A DNA stretch of 64,000 nucleotides, taken from positions 1 through 64,000 of IMG/VR virus record IMGVR_UViG_3300046163_000090; one strand, 5' to 3'. The notes under the pieces are model-generated. The model saw nothing but the letters and a program-made list of their open reading frames with translations, had not been told where the DNA came from and did not search any database. Each line of letters begins with the position of its first letter. Within the stretch, counting starts at the first letter, position 1. The position numbers were made by a program, and so were the translations under genes. Below, piece after piece: positions 14,101-21,284 of the stretch. This stretch comes from a virus.

Positions 14101-16313
14101 GGTCCGTAAATTGGCTCTATATCTTTAGAGTTAACAACATCACCGAATCTATTTATCGGAAAGCTATTTATGCCCGCATCAAAAAAGTTTTCACTACCAG
14201 CTTCCTCAACAGCCCTAACATGCATTTGCGAGCACACATCGAGTTTTTTCTGATCTATAATAACTTCAACATTAGCACATAAAGATCTTCTCTTAGTCTC
14301 TTGATTTTCTACTACAACTATAGCATTGTACACTCCAAGATTTGGATAGAAATGAGATGTTTTCCCTTCATAAGCTTTATGCCCATTGTCCCACTTCATT
14401 GAACTATTTCTCTCAACTTCTCCGTCTCCAAAATTTACATGATAAATTAGCGAATCGTTATACTTATTGTAGCTTGCTGGATCATACAAAAAATCCCTAA
14501 CATATATAGATAGGTCTGTAAATGATGTGTTGTCACCGACAACAAAAGGGAACTCTTCACAAAACTCTCCAGTAATGGGAGTATCGCTTGGAGTCATTGC
14601 TGGGGTTCTGCTATATGTCGGGGTGTTTGTTTGTGTTGCTGTTACCGTAGGGAATGGTGTATGAGTAGTCGTTGTTGACTGTGTTTGGGTTACAGTATTG
14701 CTATAAGTGGAGGTATGTGTTAATGACGGAGTTTGGGTGACCGAAGGAGTATTACTTGGAGTCTTTGTTAATGACGGAGTATTGCTTGGAGTCGTAGTTG
14801 GACTTTTTGTAGTTGTTGGTGTTTTAGTCTCGGTTGTCGTCTGAGTGGGTGTTTTTGTGCTCGTGTATGTTACCGTAGGGGTAACTGTTGGAGTTTTGCT
14901 AATCTCAATTATGTTAACTTTTAATGGGTTTACCCCTTTAACACTAGGAGTTACTTTATCTTCGTCTGAAGTGACATCAAAAAGCTCTATATAAAAGTGT
15001 TCTATAGGTTCATCATTAAAAACTGGAGCATTTAGTGGTACTCCCGTAACTAAAATTGAATCCTCTCTAATCGACTCATCAAAAAACAATTCTCCAGAAG
15101 TCGGCAGAAAATCAAAAAATTCCCAAGCAGTAGAATCCAGTATTGCACTAGCTTTATATTTAGCTCTTATAGGGGCTACTCCATGGTCTGATCTCTCTAC
15201 AATAATCTCATATACTTCACCTTCAGTAACGAATACATTTGTATTTTTAAATTGAATTTTTTGTTTATAAAAAGGTTTGTTGCTCGGCGTAACAGTAGGG
15301 GTTTGTGTAGTGCTAGCTGTTTCAGAAGGAGTTATTGTATATGTTGGAGTCTGAGTGCTTGAGGCTGTATTTGATAGAGTTGCAGTTAATGTATTAGTAG
15401 ATGTAACTGTATTAGTTGGCGTCGTAGTAATTGTTTGAGTAATCGTCGCTGTATTACTTATTGTATTACTTGGTGTTTGTGTTAAGGTCGGTGTCTGAGA
15501 AGGAGTTTCTGTTGCTGTATTACTTGGGGTTGGGGTTCTACTTAATTCAATTATTTCTATTTTTATAGAATTGTTTTCCCCTATAGCAATTTTATTTGAG
15601 CTTGGGTTTTTTATTTTTAAATAAAAATATTCTATAGGTTCATCATTAAAATTAGCTTCTAAAGGTAAACTTTGAATCTCTATAAAAGCCTCGGATTCGT
15701 TGGCTTCAAATATAAGAGTGCCCTCTGCTGGCTGATAATCAAAAAATTCCCAAGCTGTACCATCTGGATCAGACGTAGTGTAGTAATCCACGGAGCAATC
15801 AAAACTCAAATCTCCACCCCTGATTACTTTTACAAAAATTGATTGAGTTTCGCTCATTCTTACCAAACTTAAATCGAATGACAAGAAATTGGTTATTGGG
15901 GTCTGAGTAGGAGTTTGTGTTTGTGGTGGGGTAGCTGTTGGTGTTGCTTCAATTACTAAAATTTTAGTTGATATATTTTGCCCCAACGAAACAGCTCCAC
16001 TATCTATCGCCTGTGGATTGCTAATATTTAGATAAAAATGCTCTACAGGCTCATTATTGGAATTAGCCTCCAAAGGTAAACTTTGAACCTCTATAAAAGC
16101 TTCGGATTGGCCATCTCCAAATACAACGGTTCCTTCTGCAGGTCGATAATCAAAAAACTCCCAAGCTGTACCATCTGGAATTGAAGAGGTTTCATAATCA
16201 ACGGAGCAAGCAAAATTAATGTCACCCGTCCTAACTAATTTAAGTAAAATAGATTCAGATTCAAAAACCTGAACTTCTTCTAGCTCTAAACTTATTATGG
16301 ACTCAATACTCAT
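318..16313 (-). CDS. Giant multidomain virion adhesion/fibre protein (5 Calx-beta, PKD-like, 9 LamG/ConA-like, mucin-like T/Q/P/S linkers, RCC1/BLIP-II-like propeller modules); probably continues past the left edge
   Basis: 5331-aa ORF. Calx-beta-like units (VDYETS..GTAWEFFDY.PAEGT..F; five copies), PKD-like unit (YHVNFGDG..HFYPNLGVYNAIVVV), nine LamG-like units (WTIETWIN..WYHIAVV..LYING..GYIQDMRI), RCC1-like repeats (LWGVGNNSHGQLGLGD). The stop at 318 results from a 1-nt insertion relative to an upstream repeat copy. Confidence 0.85.
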   Translation of the reverse strand: MSIESIISLELEEVQVFESESILLKLVRTGDINFACSVDYETSSIPDGTAWEFFDYRPAEGTVVFGDGQSEAFIEVQSLPLEANSNNEPVEHFYLNISNPQAIDSGAVSLGQNISTKILVIEATPTATPPQTQTPTQTPITNFLSFDLSLVRMSETQSIFVKVIRGGDLSFDCSVDYYTTSDPDGTAWEFFDYQPAEGTLIFEANESEAFIEIQSLPLEANFNDEPIEYFYLKIKNPSSNKIAIGENNSIKIEIIELSRTPTPSNTATETPSQTPTLTQTPSNTISNTATITQTITTTPTNTVTSTNTLTATLSNTASSTQTPTYTITPSETASTTQTPTVTPSNKPFYKQKIQFKNTNVFVTEGEVYEIIVERSDHGVAPIRAKYKASAILDSTAWEFFDFLPTSGELFFDESIREDSILVTGVPLNAPVFNDEPIEHFYIELFDVTSDEDKVTPSVKGVNPLKVNIIEISKTPTVTPTVTYTSTKTPTQTTTETKTPTTTKSPTTTPSNTPSLTKTPSNTPSVTQTPSLTHTSTYSNTVTQTQSTTTTHTPFPTVTATQTNTPTYSRTPAMTPSDTPITGEFCEEFPFVVGDNTSFTDLSIYVRDFLYDPASYNKYNDSLIYHVNFGDGEVERNSSMKWDNGHKAYEGKTSHFYPNLGVYNAIVVVENQETKRRSLCANVEVIIDQKKLDVCSQMHVRAVEEAGSENFFDAGINSFPINRFGDVVNSKDIEPIYGPSSIKFDGAFDYLELEDTKKRFNWIHNNTQDKWTIETWINLSSIKDNNPILVNSFDDDHAGFRLAFISAGILVFDMFSPSAAGRAFHLDDRDFNWETKKWYHIAVVKYYDTISLYINGTMINSGTLLAERTSTKSPLLNLLIGKEVDNYFHGYIQDMRIVQDAIYPEYAHRINDSFEVPSDFLFADCYIEPLPCSAFHLQSDVEVDDIEQITSFIDLSINDVPVLFKGGQTLHTTEIEPIYGRSSMSFDQLSYMEAQEDFKYLNRNSENWTISLWAWIDKIDTGNQIGSSGSTINASDFPVYILHNTINQNGIKLYYTNGYFGFEVWDNAELKLELKSNNLYSTISIQEWNHITIIYRENKYRMLINGSIADLTYRKYTSSSINPEYYFTIGGGYTGGDYENKFRGYMQDLVIYRASVDEKRIPPKELTSSVCRIPFERENPCSQLLIQSTSNTEDSLFTDLGFYNLEIVGNASHSFNRNVFGESSSIRTFGLDEYLSTNFFNTDPITVLESDYVRGVHGFDKTLEEKFRDMQISKIDVYIKGSIHKKYNSQGNTCGAWRSHYGFKWGYKKINYIAIFGEGPNGEILEYPIWDEDEYNFSYELNLNPQHLGHITRYPYHYDHRKTYHHNIIGDFQNVLIDDDSGFGFAGRGLSSTDKFTFNIWPPLDGISRLKLSTDFEVNPSSFPTHEADWRPAIGPCDFFTDKEADLQAWFYQGSTWKYANYKALYPDQNCESTIACSRSYWRSVYGYQHRRLDITRYVPRENLNHNFVNRTQDFTMECWVNFTDAKQDHGIFKKQKDSDNTSYWSLGHMGSMQNAPHQQSVPSGKTRWFSWEVKSLDETVQKINFFSPFTLTNQTWYHIALVRKKVSDWQLYINGLHCAVQQEDIQTGEIFGSKSFSINNYDGNLFIGKHNSSFLNTETYFQDIRMLSNQALDKRNFPQPSLIEPNCESYCPIVHLQSDAQKGDDIFYDSTVQNNEVDSYGSMLHDTENIQYGNSSFAFDGSGQYLMISGEDLGIKDQDFNIDIWIKPTGLNKYENSKKVTLYTGIDFITENFEQDIEEEEPSEDDFVELEDGSLILVDEPAEGTEGQGDSMTLESEQDYFYYGGTVFDYGSTNNFTEAENLYNLSVISEIYNVWMPNREYYSSEYVYQEDSGGTGHYYKLITAISNNEPPSGNAGVWEEVELDDQNFYFVLSDGDVTNPILKSSTKREINEWYHFALSKNDIRNSMYINGVRETSVVEQTGILIDPSIDILHVGKSWSGQDYFCGNMQDFRVFDNFSYYGGVEAFDPPTVLETPCVEKSFDASCIFTELHLQSDININKIYDATKKREIENNGNIEIVNNEVIRGNSSFYFNGSSFLSVEDNEDFSLNDDIFNIEFWVNFDEDFPELNEYGRRYLQATPSATQSVTPTTTLGQTTPTTTPTPSHTTSSTNTPSVTIELTPTATVTPTRTERLGLEESGITLMEHGSVGDAENYAWMILAIDESIRFYWSEAGDNGWTNWIDITPLDFETKKWYHLSVSLADRKIRGFVDGQISSQGILHNPIKNSNQPLIIGRRMGVSGAYFFKGYMQDIKITKSNVYRKDFVRPPVLLKNCTFDVKTPQCQNKILHLRGHEDIRGMFDHSSDDHYITNHGVERSKKKIILENYNLYFDGSSYLETIGERLNFKNKDFSIDFWINIDKIIETQSIEVLNFIDETQAEGSQESFTVYLYQGKLYIRYNREYSDQEIQLLASSDEDLTEYPVWQAATVLLGGAIYNGQLYINTTGVFGYTTPDKDGVNWNLADGEENFVERKEITIEIPCSIKADRDYHVAISHYKNNFVVYVNGVGLYAERNFHIFNGNEHKLYVGGGFREGVNLEGHLQDLRIVVNEGIYTDNLGGSFFVEDIKLNEIDCVNPVTNCSHLQIQSDSVEKNNHFDDLGILSHIIVPYGEVRHDNHVDPILGDSSVYFNGQDGFLFIEKSEEWNLSNSHPDEKDFSFQFWYNKHSHVNDNNVDTILSIQNDNTHSSERYAIEIYSDKQGSIHVKSNVDGNNLIIKSENLNENQWYHIGLIRRGYNDSSLLILYVDRKIVDYNKIGSNSYKYINNFYATLGARFDSNYSHASIQDFRYIMGKSVNPLGHFNLNNFLPLRCDEPCAELIIKSDHSNGSTDIGDFSIYRNPIKVVGDVHHSSLKRVIGASSLRFEGHQDYLMINNSDIFDIGNDFTIDFWIYIEEIEDQIIAQVKNVWNIYFNKQDEKIYYTENSDVQLKSSNKVAINSWHHVAICCFNSQVTIYLDGVNSDSSTRAKAFENSSENIIVGGFDGKYLKGYMQEFRILKDFAVYKNNFELPESFKRSCAAEPRLASCSNLELLIKPFIRDPFIYDRSGNDSIITVDGDIAIVNEDGIFNENSLEFKENKSNSLEVIKSDRANFDLLSDQDFTIEFHTKWNREYVHNQSILIYKITEDVEGGKDFAVGDYVVGLRSLNGRSSIFITMYDKRLEKTLEYEAVINTTYIEDWKSVAIVNDGEYIEIYENGIAKNKKISTNTGQYFKNENLLIGSIINSIGNKHYKFYGLLSHLKIVRGQALYLNNFNLDTINIEECVTEPTPTPTQTQTLTPTNTQTQTQTRTQTQTQTQTRTQTQTQTQTPSNTITQTQTPTSTITQTQTPSETITQTPSSTITQTPTETITQTPSSTITQTQTQTQTPTQTQTVTQTSTLTQTPTLTQTQTQTKTQTQTPTVTPSISPISNKILNVSFQNWASYVSEGQSVDVSVFRRSSYDSINYDERYHYTGDFHVKYYMDSEPFSAQTGLDFVAETGMLYFSGHESQKIITVQTTGDLLREDSEFFNIYLEDLVPVFDEKEKISVEANIIGQNPHQVLITDDDPITQTPTPTQTPTITPTNTITNTITRTQTPSSTITPTNTFTQTPTNTITNTQTKTPIHETYIRFQYENTFLVEGATTKIKVYRDSLSFTNDGAFTINYKAYESYNSATLDDYIIGENNTGTLTFHQGQDYSEIEIKTLPIPGGEHTSERDEFFWIELNEAQSQNTHVKILGRNPYPVFIIEPTPSPTYSPTQTETPSTTPSNTETPSSTVTQTNTPTVTPTISFTQTKTSPIESSPSHTPVYNSKYFAGLYSRERFLNGFSQDEDENEATEQLTVPTVLSTTKSGPGSLFGSASTVFDSSQAGSFGIQGISNGTSYFTAIADIYFDSAVSNIDEIRWTYQIRLDTGGSRKFYIRRASDNVWQGIMNGLANTQKQTIIGSGPYPPFNAVRMRYDGRSSGDQKFETFSIELSEIFDINYYTEILMNLGRSSHITINRRSAFYLKNNSLYAAGRKILTQEHFEKYDFNKKLAYVEKIVDNVEVFDSTSYSVQEDGEDVEYENLYFVSSENGKLYAFGGNHYGQIGLGHNELNHNDPLLVKDKEGDDVLNVIKISTYGGAAYFIKENGELWGVGNNSHGQLGLGDPSMLNTSIPWDDTDDRYRAEKIADNVVEVFAGHQRVMFIKDDESLWAVGDNEYYQLGIEQQYYQFNSDNDPVDAISVPVKVASGVRSVELMKDTSLYVSHFNAVYICGFLYYNSTIDQFDFNKQNNSSTINYPWSHFGNAGARLGSTTLTSHVFRGVYHNMFTDNRIIFGGSSPYREGNVSFLRQGQAANQVTLTHDFGSTLYGVTKVSLDHFFTFYQTSFSTRFNQSDNDYVDVFFQYKSEGGDWKQIYNYRHFVFNIDEGFYAYHNPDQTSQIGLNLTPDEKREIDMYVGDTPVDIKKIRIVLNRVKSVSTWDWGFNANTDNGLTIKSIKFYRGEQQIHNPIFGQVESIRASKDSETDKRFFFFNQNTKGNFSLEGMRYFGWNGVRELGNNGHTNGFNHVQHINSKTLDGDSLPTFPDWTKFICGQNNGIILELEENGVNVTPPVTITPMTQTPSTTFTATPTATPSNTSSFTATPSNTSSFTATPSNTASNTSTPSNTPSLTATPSITSSVTATQTNTPSNTASPTVTPSNTMSHSMEITPSSTQIYTEQHFAGLARMDRFGIEDIDYNDHQQMISFLGESDDIRINVSSAFYLKGNSLYAMGKRVLYRRNNESYSFNRTTASVEKIYDNVKLFDSTTYFYSDIEYENLYFVSSIDNKLYGVGGNQWGQLGHNHAHEGHDEPMLVETKDRKPLLNVVQISTWKGAAYFVTESGELWGIGNNSHGQLGLGDENDEDPTTGRLDNTHRYLAEKIADNVSSVQALLQRMFFITRDKNLYGTGRYDLNQLFVSKTQASLKTDSNGNGVATDQTYISFPTFCHANVRSVAGNAYQSVLVTYDNTAFMCGYFTNFSTNSSITWLNYHNGETTFKKQLYSGVQYKEIHMPKTGLGGTYYASSGSWGNFWHPAYMVTETVDGGFYVCGWKGAIDDYYSNMNNSLLRAYNSDYYNRFITSAVYALRVEWDSTRRTAVDNNSIAITKMYQGLFNGIVLQRGTSHPPATQEPTATPSTTSTFSQFATHTSTPTITETPTSTKTPQVTSTQTPSATTTHSNGASLTPTKTQTSTPHPPEITPSSTKIYTEQHFAGLARMDRFGIEDIDYNDHQQMISFLGESDDIRINVSSAFYLKGNSLYAMGKRVLYRRNNESYSFE
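5940..6350 (-). repeat. Low-complexity (TQ)n/TPS mucin-like coding tract in the giant protein
   Basis: Translation TQTQTLTPTNTQTQTQTRTQTQ...; degenerate 6-bp periodicity in the DNA. Confidence 0.95.
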
Positions 16314-19300
16314 GGCTCAATAATCATTATTTCTTTCTCTGGGTCTAGAATTACAATATTTGCATCACTACTCCTAGGATTATAAAGTTCAACATAGAAA
16401 ATTTCTGGTTCTTCTAAATTTTGATCACTAGGAATAGGTTTGCTGGTTAAATGTATTTCTGCATTCATTTGCCCTTCAAAAAATCGTAAAGTTCCAGAAG
16501 TAAAAAGATAGTCTATATCTTCTATTGCAGAAGGAACATCAGCTTCTTTAGTCTTAAAGTCAACTTCGAAGTAAGGGTATGTTTGAAAGCTTGTTTCGGA
16601 ATCTCTATATACCTGTAGTACAGCTACACTTCCCTCAGTCATTTGAATTTGTTCTGCTTGAAAGTGAATATATTGATTGTGCTTAGGGCTAGTAGTTACT
16701 GAAGGAGTTGCCGTTGAGCTACAAGTTTGAGATATTGTTGCGGTTGGGCTAACTGTATGGCTTGGAGTTTGCGTTTGAGTTTGAGTGGCGCTTGGGGTTT
16801 GAGTCTGTGTTTGAGTTACACTGGGGGTTTGCGTTACTGTTTGACTAGGTGTTTGTGTTTGTGTTTGCGTCTGAGTCTGTGTTTGGGTTTGTGTTTGAGT
16901 TTGAGTGGCGCTTGGGGTTTGAGTCTGTGTTTGAGTTACGCTGGGAGTTTGCGTTACTGTCTGACTAGGTGTTTGTGTGGTAGATGGAGTGCTTGTAATC
17001 GTATTAGTTGTTGTGGGCGTTTGAGTCAAAGTTTCACTAGGGGTATTGGTTGGAGTAAATGTATTACTTAAAGTTATTGATAATGATGCCGTAGGAGTAT
17101 GTGTTACAGAAGCTGTATTACTGGGCGTAATTGTATTACTTGGGGTACTAGAAGGTGTTTGGGTTGAAGTTATTGTATTCGATGGAGTTTGAGTGGGGGT
17201 ATGTGTATTAGAAGGGGTTTGTGTTGGAGTTGCTGTATTAGATGGAGTCTGCGTTGGAGTAAATGTATTAGACGGTGTTTGAGTTGGTGTATTTGTTATT
17301 GTTTGTGTTGGAGTTGCTGTTTGCGACTGAGTTGGTTGAGGAGCTTTCTGCAGAAATTTAAGCACTTCATATCCACCATACCTACCTTCGTTAATTTGAC
17401 TTTCATTAGTGTAGTTGTCCATGAACTGAGGAAAACCAACAACTAATCTATCACCTTCATCATTTACTGCAACAGCATATCCATACTTATCATAACTAAC
17501 TTGGTTTGCATAAAATTGGGCATTACTTGACGAGCTATATGTAATATAATCCAATGCATTTGATTGATCTAAATATCCCTGAATTGATGTTCCTGCAATT
17601 TCCCACTCAGAACCATTCCATTGATAAACATACAATCCTCCAGCATTTAAGGCTTCTGTATCTATGCTACTCCAAGCCACTTTTAATTTTGGATCATACA
17701 TTGGAGCTCCAACAGCTAAGACGAAACCTGATCTACTTAATGATGTTGCATAGCCAAACTGATCGCTATTAAATGATCCCTCTACATTAGGATTGTTGAT
17801 AGTTTGCCCCATTATTGTCCATTGCTCAAATTGATACTCATACACTATAACTTTCTCTTGATCTTTTAGTCCAACAGCTAGAATATTCCCGTATCTATTT
17901 AAAGATACTGTAGCCCTTCCTATTCCGTAACCAAGGTTTATATCTGTATCCATTATTTGCCACCGATTATTTACTAATCTATAAGCCTCTACATAAGCAT
18001 ATCGATCAAATGGAGATTCCTGCCTGAATCCAGACCTACTTGATGAAAAAGCTACAACATTACCATCTTCACTTATGTCTACGCTATAAGGGAAAGCTCC
18101 TATTGCTGGATTACTAGTAGAAAGTACTCTATTTGAGTTTAGTAATTTACCCTCTAAATCCTGACCTAATTGCACCCATGAATCTTGGTCTTGATCGTAC
18201 TTATATATTTTTATCACTCCTCTTTCTCTATCTTCATTACTACCACCTGCTGGAGTAGCTCTTGGAAAAGATATAGCCACAATATTACCCTCCCCATTTA
18301 ATACTCCATTAGCGGGATTCCAGGTATGATGGCTACTCACTGAAATTTGTTGCCCTAACTGACTCCAGTTATCTTGATTTTGGTCATACTCATATATCAC
18401 ATTGTTAGCGCATATTCTATTTCCATCATTATTCATTGATATTGATTCAAATCCATGCTGATTGAGGAAATTTAAATCTTGCCCTAATTGAATCCATTCT
18501 GAATTTTGCCTTTTGTATACTTTAACATCATCATTATTTTGGTCAGTTCTTGATGCATTAGATATAGCAATAACATCTCCATCTAAATTCATAGCTACAG
18601 CTAAACCAGCGGTTTCATCATCCTCTTCATTAAAGAAGGATTCTTCTGTATTCCAATCAGGAGTTTTAGTTGGCGTTTGAGTTCTTGTAACTGTTGGCGT
18701 TACTGTTGGTGTGCTAGTGTGTGTTGATGTAGGAGTTTGGGTTTCAGTTTGAGTTGTTGTTTGAGTGCAAGTTGCTGTTGGAGTATTTGTATTAGTTGGA
18801 GTGTGAGTTACGCTTGCTGTATTAGTTTGTGTAGCAGTCAAGCTTGGCGTATTACTTGGTGTTGCTGTATTACTTATTGTATTGCTTGGGGTTGCAGTAA
18901 CGCTTGGTGTGTTACTAGGAGTCGTAGTCACACTTGCTGTATTACTTGGTGTTGCAGTGCTTGTAATTGTATTACTTGGTGTTGTAGATGAAGTTTTTGT
19001 TGGGCTCGGTGTTGGTAGCTTATTAGATTCTGATATTAAAATTGGATGCAAATTAGTATCTATGGTTACAAAAGCTCTATCTCCAGTAGGATTACTTAAT
19101 TGCATAAAAAAGAACTCATCGTTTTCAAAATTTAATGTGACTGGAGCTCCTGTTACAAAAATAGGTTTTTTCATTTCGCCTAACTCAAAATACAATGTTC
19201 CAGAAGTGTACTCATAATCATCTGGATAAGTCGCGCTACTACCCAGACTAATAGTTTCATAATCTACTTGAACAGCGACATGATCTTCATTGCTTAATAT

Positions 19301-21271
19301 AGGGTCTCTTACTATATTGATTTCAGCAACCTCTCCTTCTAGCATAAATGTTGCTGGAGATTCAAACGCTAAGTGTTGAATTGCAAAAGGCCCAGGTGTT
19401 GGTGTTTGAGTGGGAGTCACTGTATTACTTATGGTATTACTTGGGGTGACTGTTGGGCTTGCGGTTACTGTCGGTGTTTGTGTTAGCGATGGTGTTTGAG
19501 TTATTGTTTCGCTAGGTGTTTGAGTTATTGTTTCGCTTGGCGTCTGTGTTTGTGTCTGTGTTTGTGTTTGTGTCTGGGTTTGGGTTTGTGTCTGAGTCGG
19601 TGTTTGGGTCTGAGTTTGTGTTTGGGTCTGAGTAGGTGTTTGCGTTTGTGTCTGAGTCTGCGTTTGTGTCTGAGTTTGCGTCTGCGTCTGGGTTTGCGTC
19701 TGTGTTTGAGTTTGGGTCTGAGTTTGGGTCTGAGTCGGTGTTTGGGTCTGAGTTTGCGTTTGGGTCTGAGTCGGTGTTTGAGTCTGAGTCTGAGTTTGTG
19801 TTTGTGTTTGGGTAATCGTATTAGTTGGAGTCTCAGTCTGAGTTATGGTATTAGTTGGCGTCTGTGTGAATGTGGCTGTAGGAGTTACTGTGGGGGTTGA
19901 TGTAGAAGTTTTTGTTATAGTAACAGTTTTGGTTGGAGTTACAGTAGGTACAGCAGTTCTAGTTGTTGTGTTGGTTGGAGTAACTGTTGGTATGGGTGTT
20001 TTAGATAGAGTATTTGTTGGAACTATAATTGGGTACTCCCAATCATCTATATCGTCGGAAGATAGTAAGTCAAATGGCTCTGGGTTATTTGATCCAGTAG
20101 CTAAAATTGGATCAAGGCAACCTCCGCTAACTAAAAATCCGTTACTTCTAGTTAAAGTAAAGTCAAAATCCACTTGGGTTGTTGCATAATCATTTACACT
20201 CAATGATGTATTTTTTCCCTTTAGTACTGCATTATCAATAACATAAGTCATCAAGTATTGTTTTTCAATATCTGTCTCAACACACACTTGATCATCGGGG
20301 CAATGACTTCTACATTGTATTTCTATTTTGTAAGATTTATCTTTTTTTAGTATTTGATTTAAATTCCCCTCTTCTAAATCTCTCTTTATTATATCAAGTG
20401 ATATCGATCCTCTAGCAGGTAGATCTAATTTTCTGTCATAAGGATACATTGACCCAAATCCATATAAATTTCTTCGCTGCAAATTTAAGTTTATATTGAA
20501 AGAGGTTGCATTTGCATTATCTCTAGATACAGCAACCCCCCCAACATTCAGCTCCTCAATATTTACTTTTAAATGGTTTGGCAATAATGCTCCATGATCA
20601 TATTCTGCTCCAAAATTTTGAGGCTCAAAAGAATATTGATATTTATCTTTATATTTACCGTCATAAAGATGTATAGCTGGAATATAATTTTCACCTGAAT
20701 ATAAATCTAATTTGATATTAGAAGCTTGATACCCCACAGAAGCTACTATCGGGGAGCCTATATTCGCAGAAACTGCATAGTTAGTTGCGAAAGCATTACC
20801 TATTCCAAGCACGTAGTGCCCGTGATAATCAATATCGTCTCTTAATTCTAAAGCTTGATTTGGACCATCCTCTCTTAAAACAAGAAAGAAATTTTTATCT
20901 CCATAATGTCTAGATATGAAACTATTTTCCGCAGCCTCACCAGAAGCTACTACATTAAAATTTAATAAATATTCATTTAGTCCACATGTTGGTAGATATG
21001 CAAATTCAAAATTAACTGGTACAGGCTCAATATTTACATCTATATTACTGCCAGGAGCTGGATCTTGAGATATAACATTTATCCTTCTTGTAAGCAAGTC
21101 TTCGTGGCCGAGCTGTTTAATTTCTTCTCTATTGATATCAAATCCATAAGAGACAGATTGAACTTTTGACAGCTGCCTTAAGAATGATCTTTCATCATTT
21201 TTATGACTCCTGAAAGCTGGTGCAGGACCAACAAAAAGTCCCGCACATTCTGAACTAAAAAAACTCCTCAT
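16310..21271 (-). CDS. Tail-tube paralogue (N-terminal ~385 aa) fused to mucin-like TQ tracts, two Calx-beta domains and an FG-GAP-like beta-propeller
   Basis: N-terminus aligns by eye with 21341..23074 (LSKVQSVSYGFDINREEIKQLG vs LKRVQNANYSFTINRQDVNQFG; GNAFATNYAVSANIGS vs GNVYITDYSIEGSVGS). FG-GAP-like repeats (DQFGYATSLSRSGFVLAVGAP; YGYAVAVNDEGDRLVVG; WxQLGQD). Confidence 0.75.
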   Translation of the reverse strand: MRSFFSSECAGLFVGPAPAFRSHKNDERSFLRQLSKVQSVSYGFDINREEIKQLGHEDLLTRRINVISQDPAPGSNIDVNIEPVPVNFEFAYLPTCGLNEYLLNFNVVASGEAAENSFISRHYGDKNFFLVLREDGPNQALELRDDIDYHGHYVLGIGNAFATNYAVSANIGSPIVASVGYQASNIKLDLYSGENYIPAIHLYDGKYKDKYQYSFEPQNFGAEYDHGALLPNHLKVNIEELNVGGVAVSRDNANATSFNINLNLQRRNLYGFGSMYPYDRKLDLPARGSISLDIIKRDLEEGNLNQILKKDKSYKIEIQCRSHCPDDQVCVETDIEKQYLMTYVIDNAVLKGKNTSLSVNDYATTQVDFDFTLTRSNGFLVSGGCLDPILATGSNNPEPFDLLSSDDIDDWEYPIIVPTNTLSKTPIPTVTPTNTTTRTAVPTVTPTKTVTITKTSTSTPTVTPTATFTQTPTNTITQTETPTNTITQTQTQTQTQTQTPTQTQTQTQTQTPTQTQTQTQTQTQTQTQTQTQTQTQTQTQTQTQTPTQTQTQTQTQTPTQTQTQTQTQTQTQTQTQTPSETITQTPSETITQTPSLTQTPTVTASPTVTPSNTISNTVTPTQTPTPGPFAIQHLAFESPATFMLEGEVAEINIVRDPILSNEDHVAVQVDYETISLGSSATYPDDYEYTSGTLYFELGEMKKPIFVTGAPVTLNFENDEFFFMQLSNPTGDRAFVTIDTNLHPILISESNKLPTPSPTKTSSTTPSNTITSTATPSNTASVTTTPSNTPSVTATPSNTISNTATPSNTPSLTATQTNTASVTHTPTNTNTPTATCTQTTTQTETQTPTSTHTSTPTVTPTVTRTQTPTKTPDWNTEESFFNEEDDETAGLAVAMNLDGDVIAISNASRTDQNNDDVKVYKRQNSEWIQLGQDLNFLNQHGFESISMNNDGNRICANNVIYEYDQNQDNWSQLGQQISVSSHHTWNPANGVLNGEGNIVAISFPRATPAGGSNEDRERGVIKIYKYDQDQDSWVQLGQDLEGKLLNSNRVLSTSNPAIGAFPYSVDISEDGNVVAFSSSRSGFRQESPFDRYAYVEAYRLVNNRWQIMDTDINLGYGIGRATVSLNRYGNILAVGLKDQEKVIVYEYQFEQWTIMGQTINNPNVEGSFNSDQFGYATSLSRSGFVLAVGAPMYDPKLKVAWSSIDTEALNAGGLYVYQWNGSEWEIAGTSIQGYLDQSNALDYITYSSSSNAQFYANQVSYDKYGYAVAVNDEGDRLVVGFPQFMDNYTNESQINEGRYGGYEVLKFLQKAPQPTQSQTATPTQTITNTPTQTPSNTFTPTQTPSNTATPTQTPSNTHTPTQTPSNTITSTQTPSSTPSNTITPSNTASVTHTPTASLSITLSNTFTPTNTPSETLTQTPTTTNTITSTPSTTQTPSQTVTQTPSVTQTQTQTPSATQTQTQTQTQTQTQTQTQTPSQTVTQTPSVTQTQTQTPSATQTQTQTPSHTVSPTATISQTCSSTATPSVTTSPKHNQYIHFQAEQIQMTEGSVAVLQVYRDSETSFQTYPYFEVDFKTKEADVPSAIEDIDYLFTSGTLRFFEGQMNAEIHLTSKPIPSDQNLEEPEIFYVELYNPRSSDANIVILDPEKEIMIIEP
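19395..19990 (-). repeat. Long (TQ)n/TP coding tract
   Basis: About 90 aa of nearly pure Thr-Gln dipeptides (core ~19540-19815) with synonymous codon variation, flanked by TP-rich sequence. Confidence 0.95.
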
Positions 21272-21284
21272 ACCTTAATAAACA

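Noticed and set aside
2185-20189. Many short plus-strand ORFs rich in V/G/L/C/S (e.g. 2185..2571, 6024..6320, 16727..17071, 19496..19900)
   Set aside because: Antisense shadows of T/Q/P/S repeat tracts in the long minus-strand genes; no independent signals.
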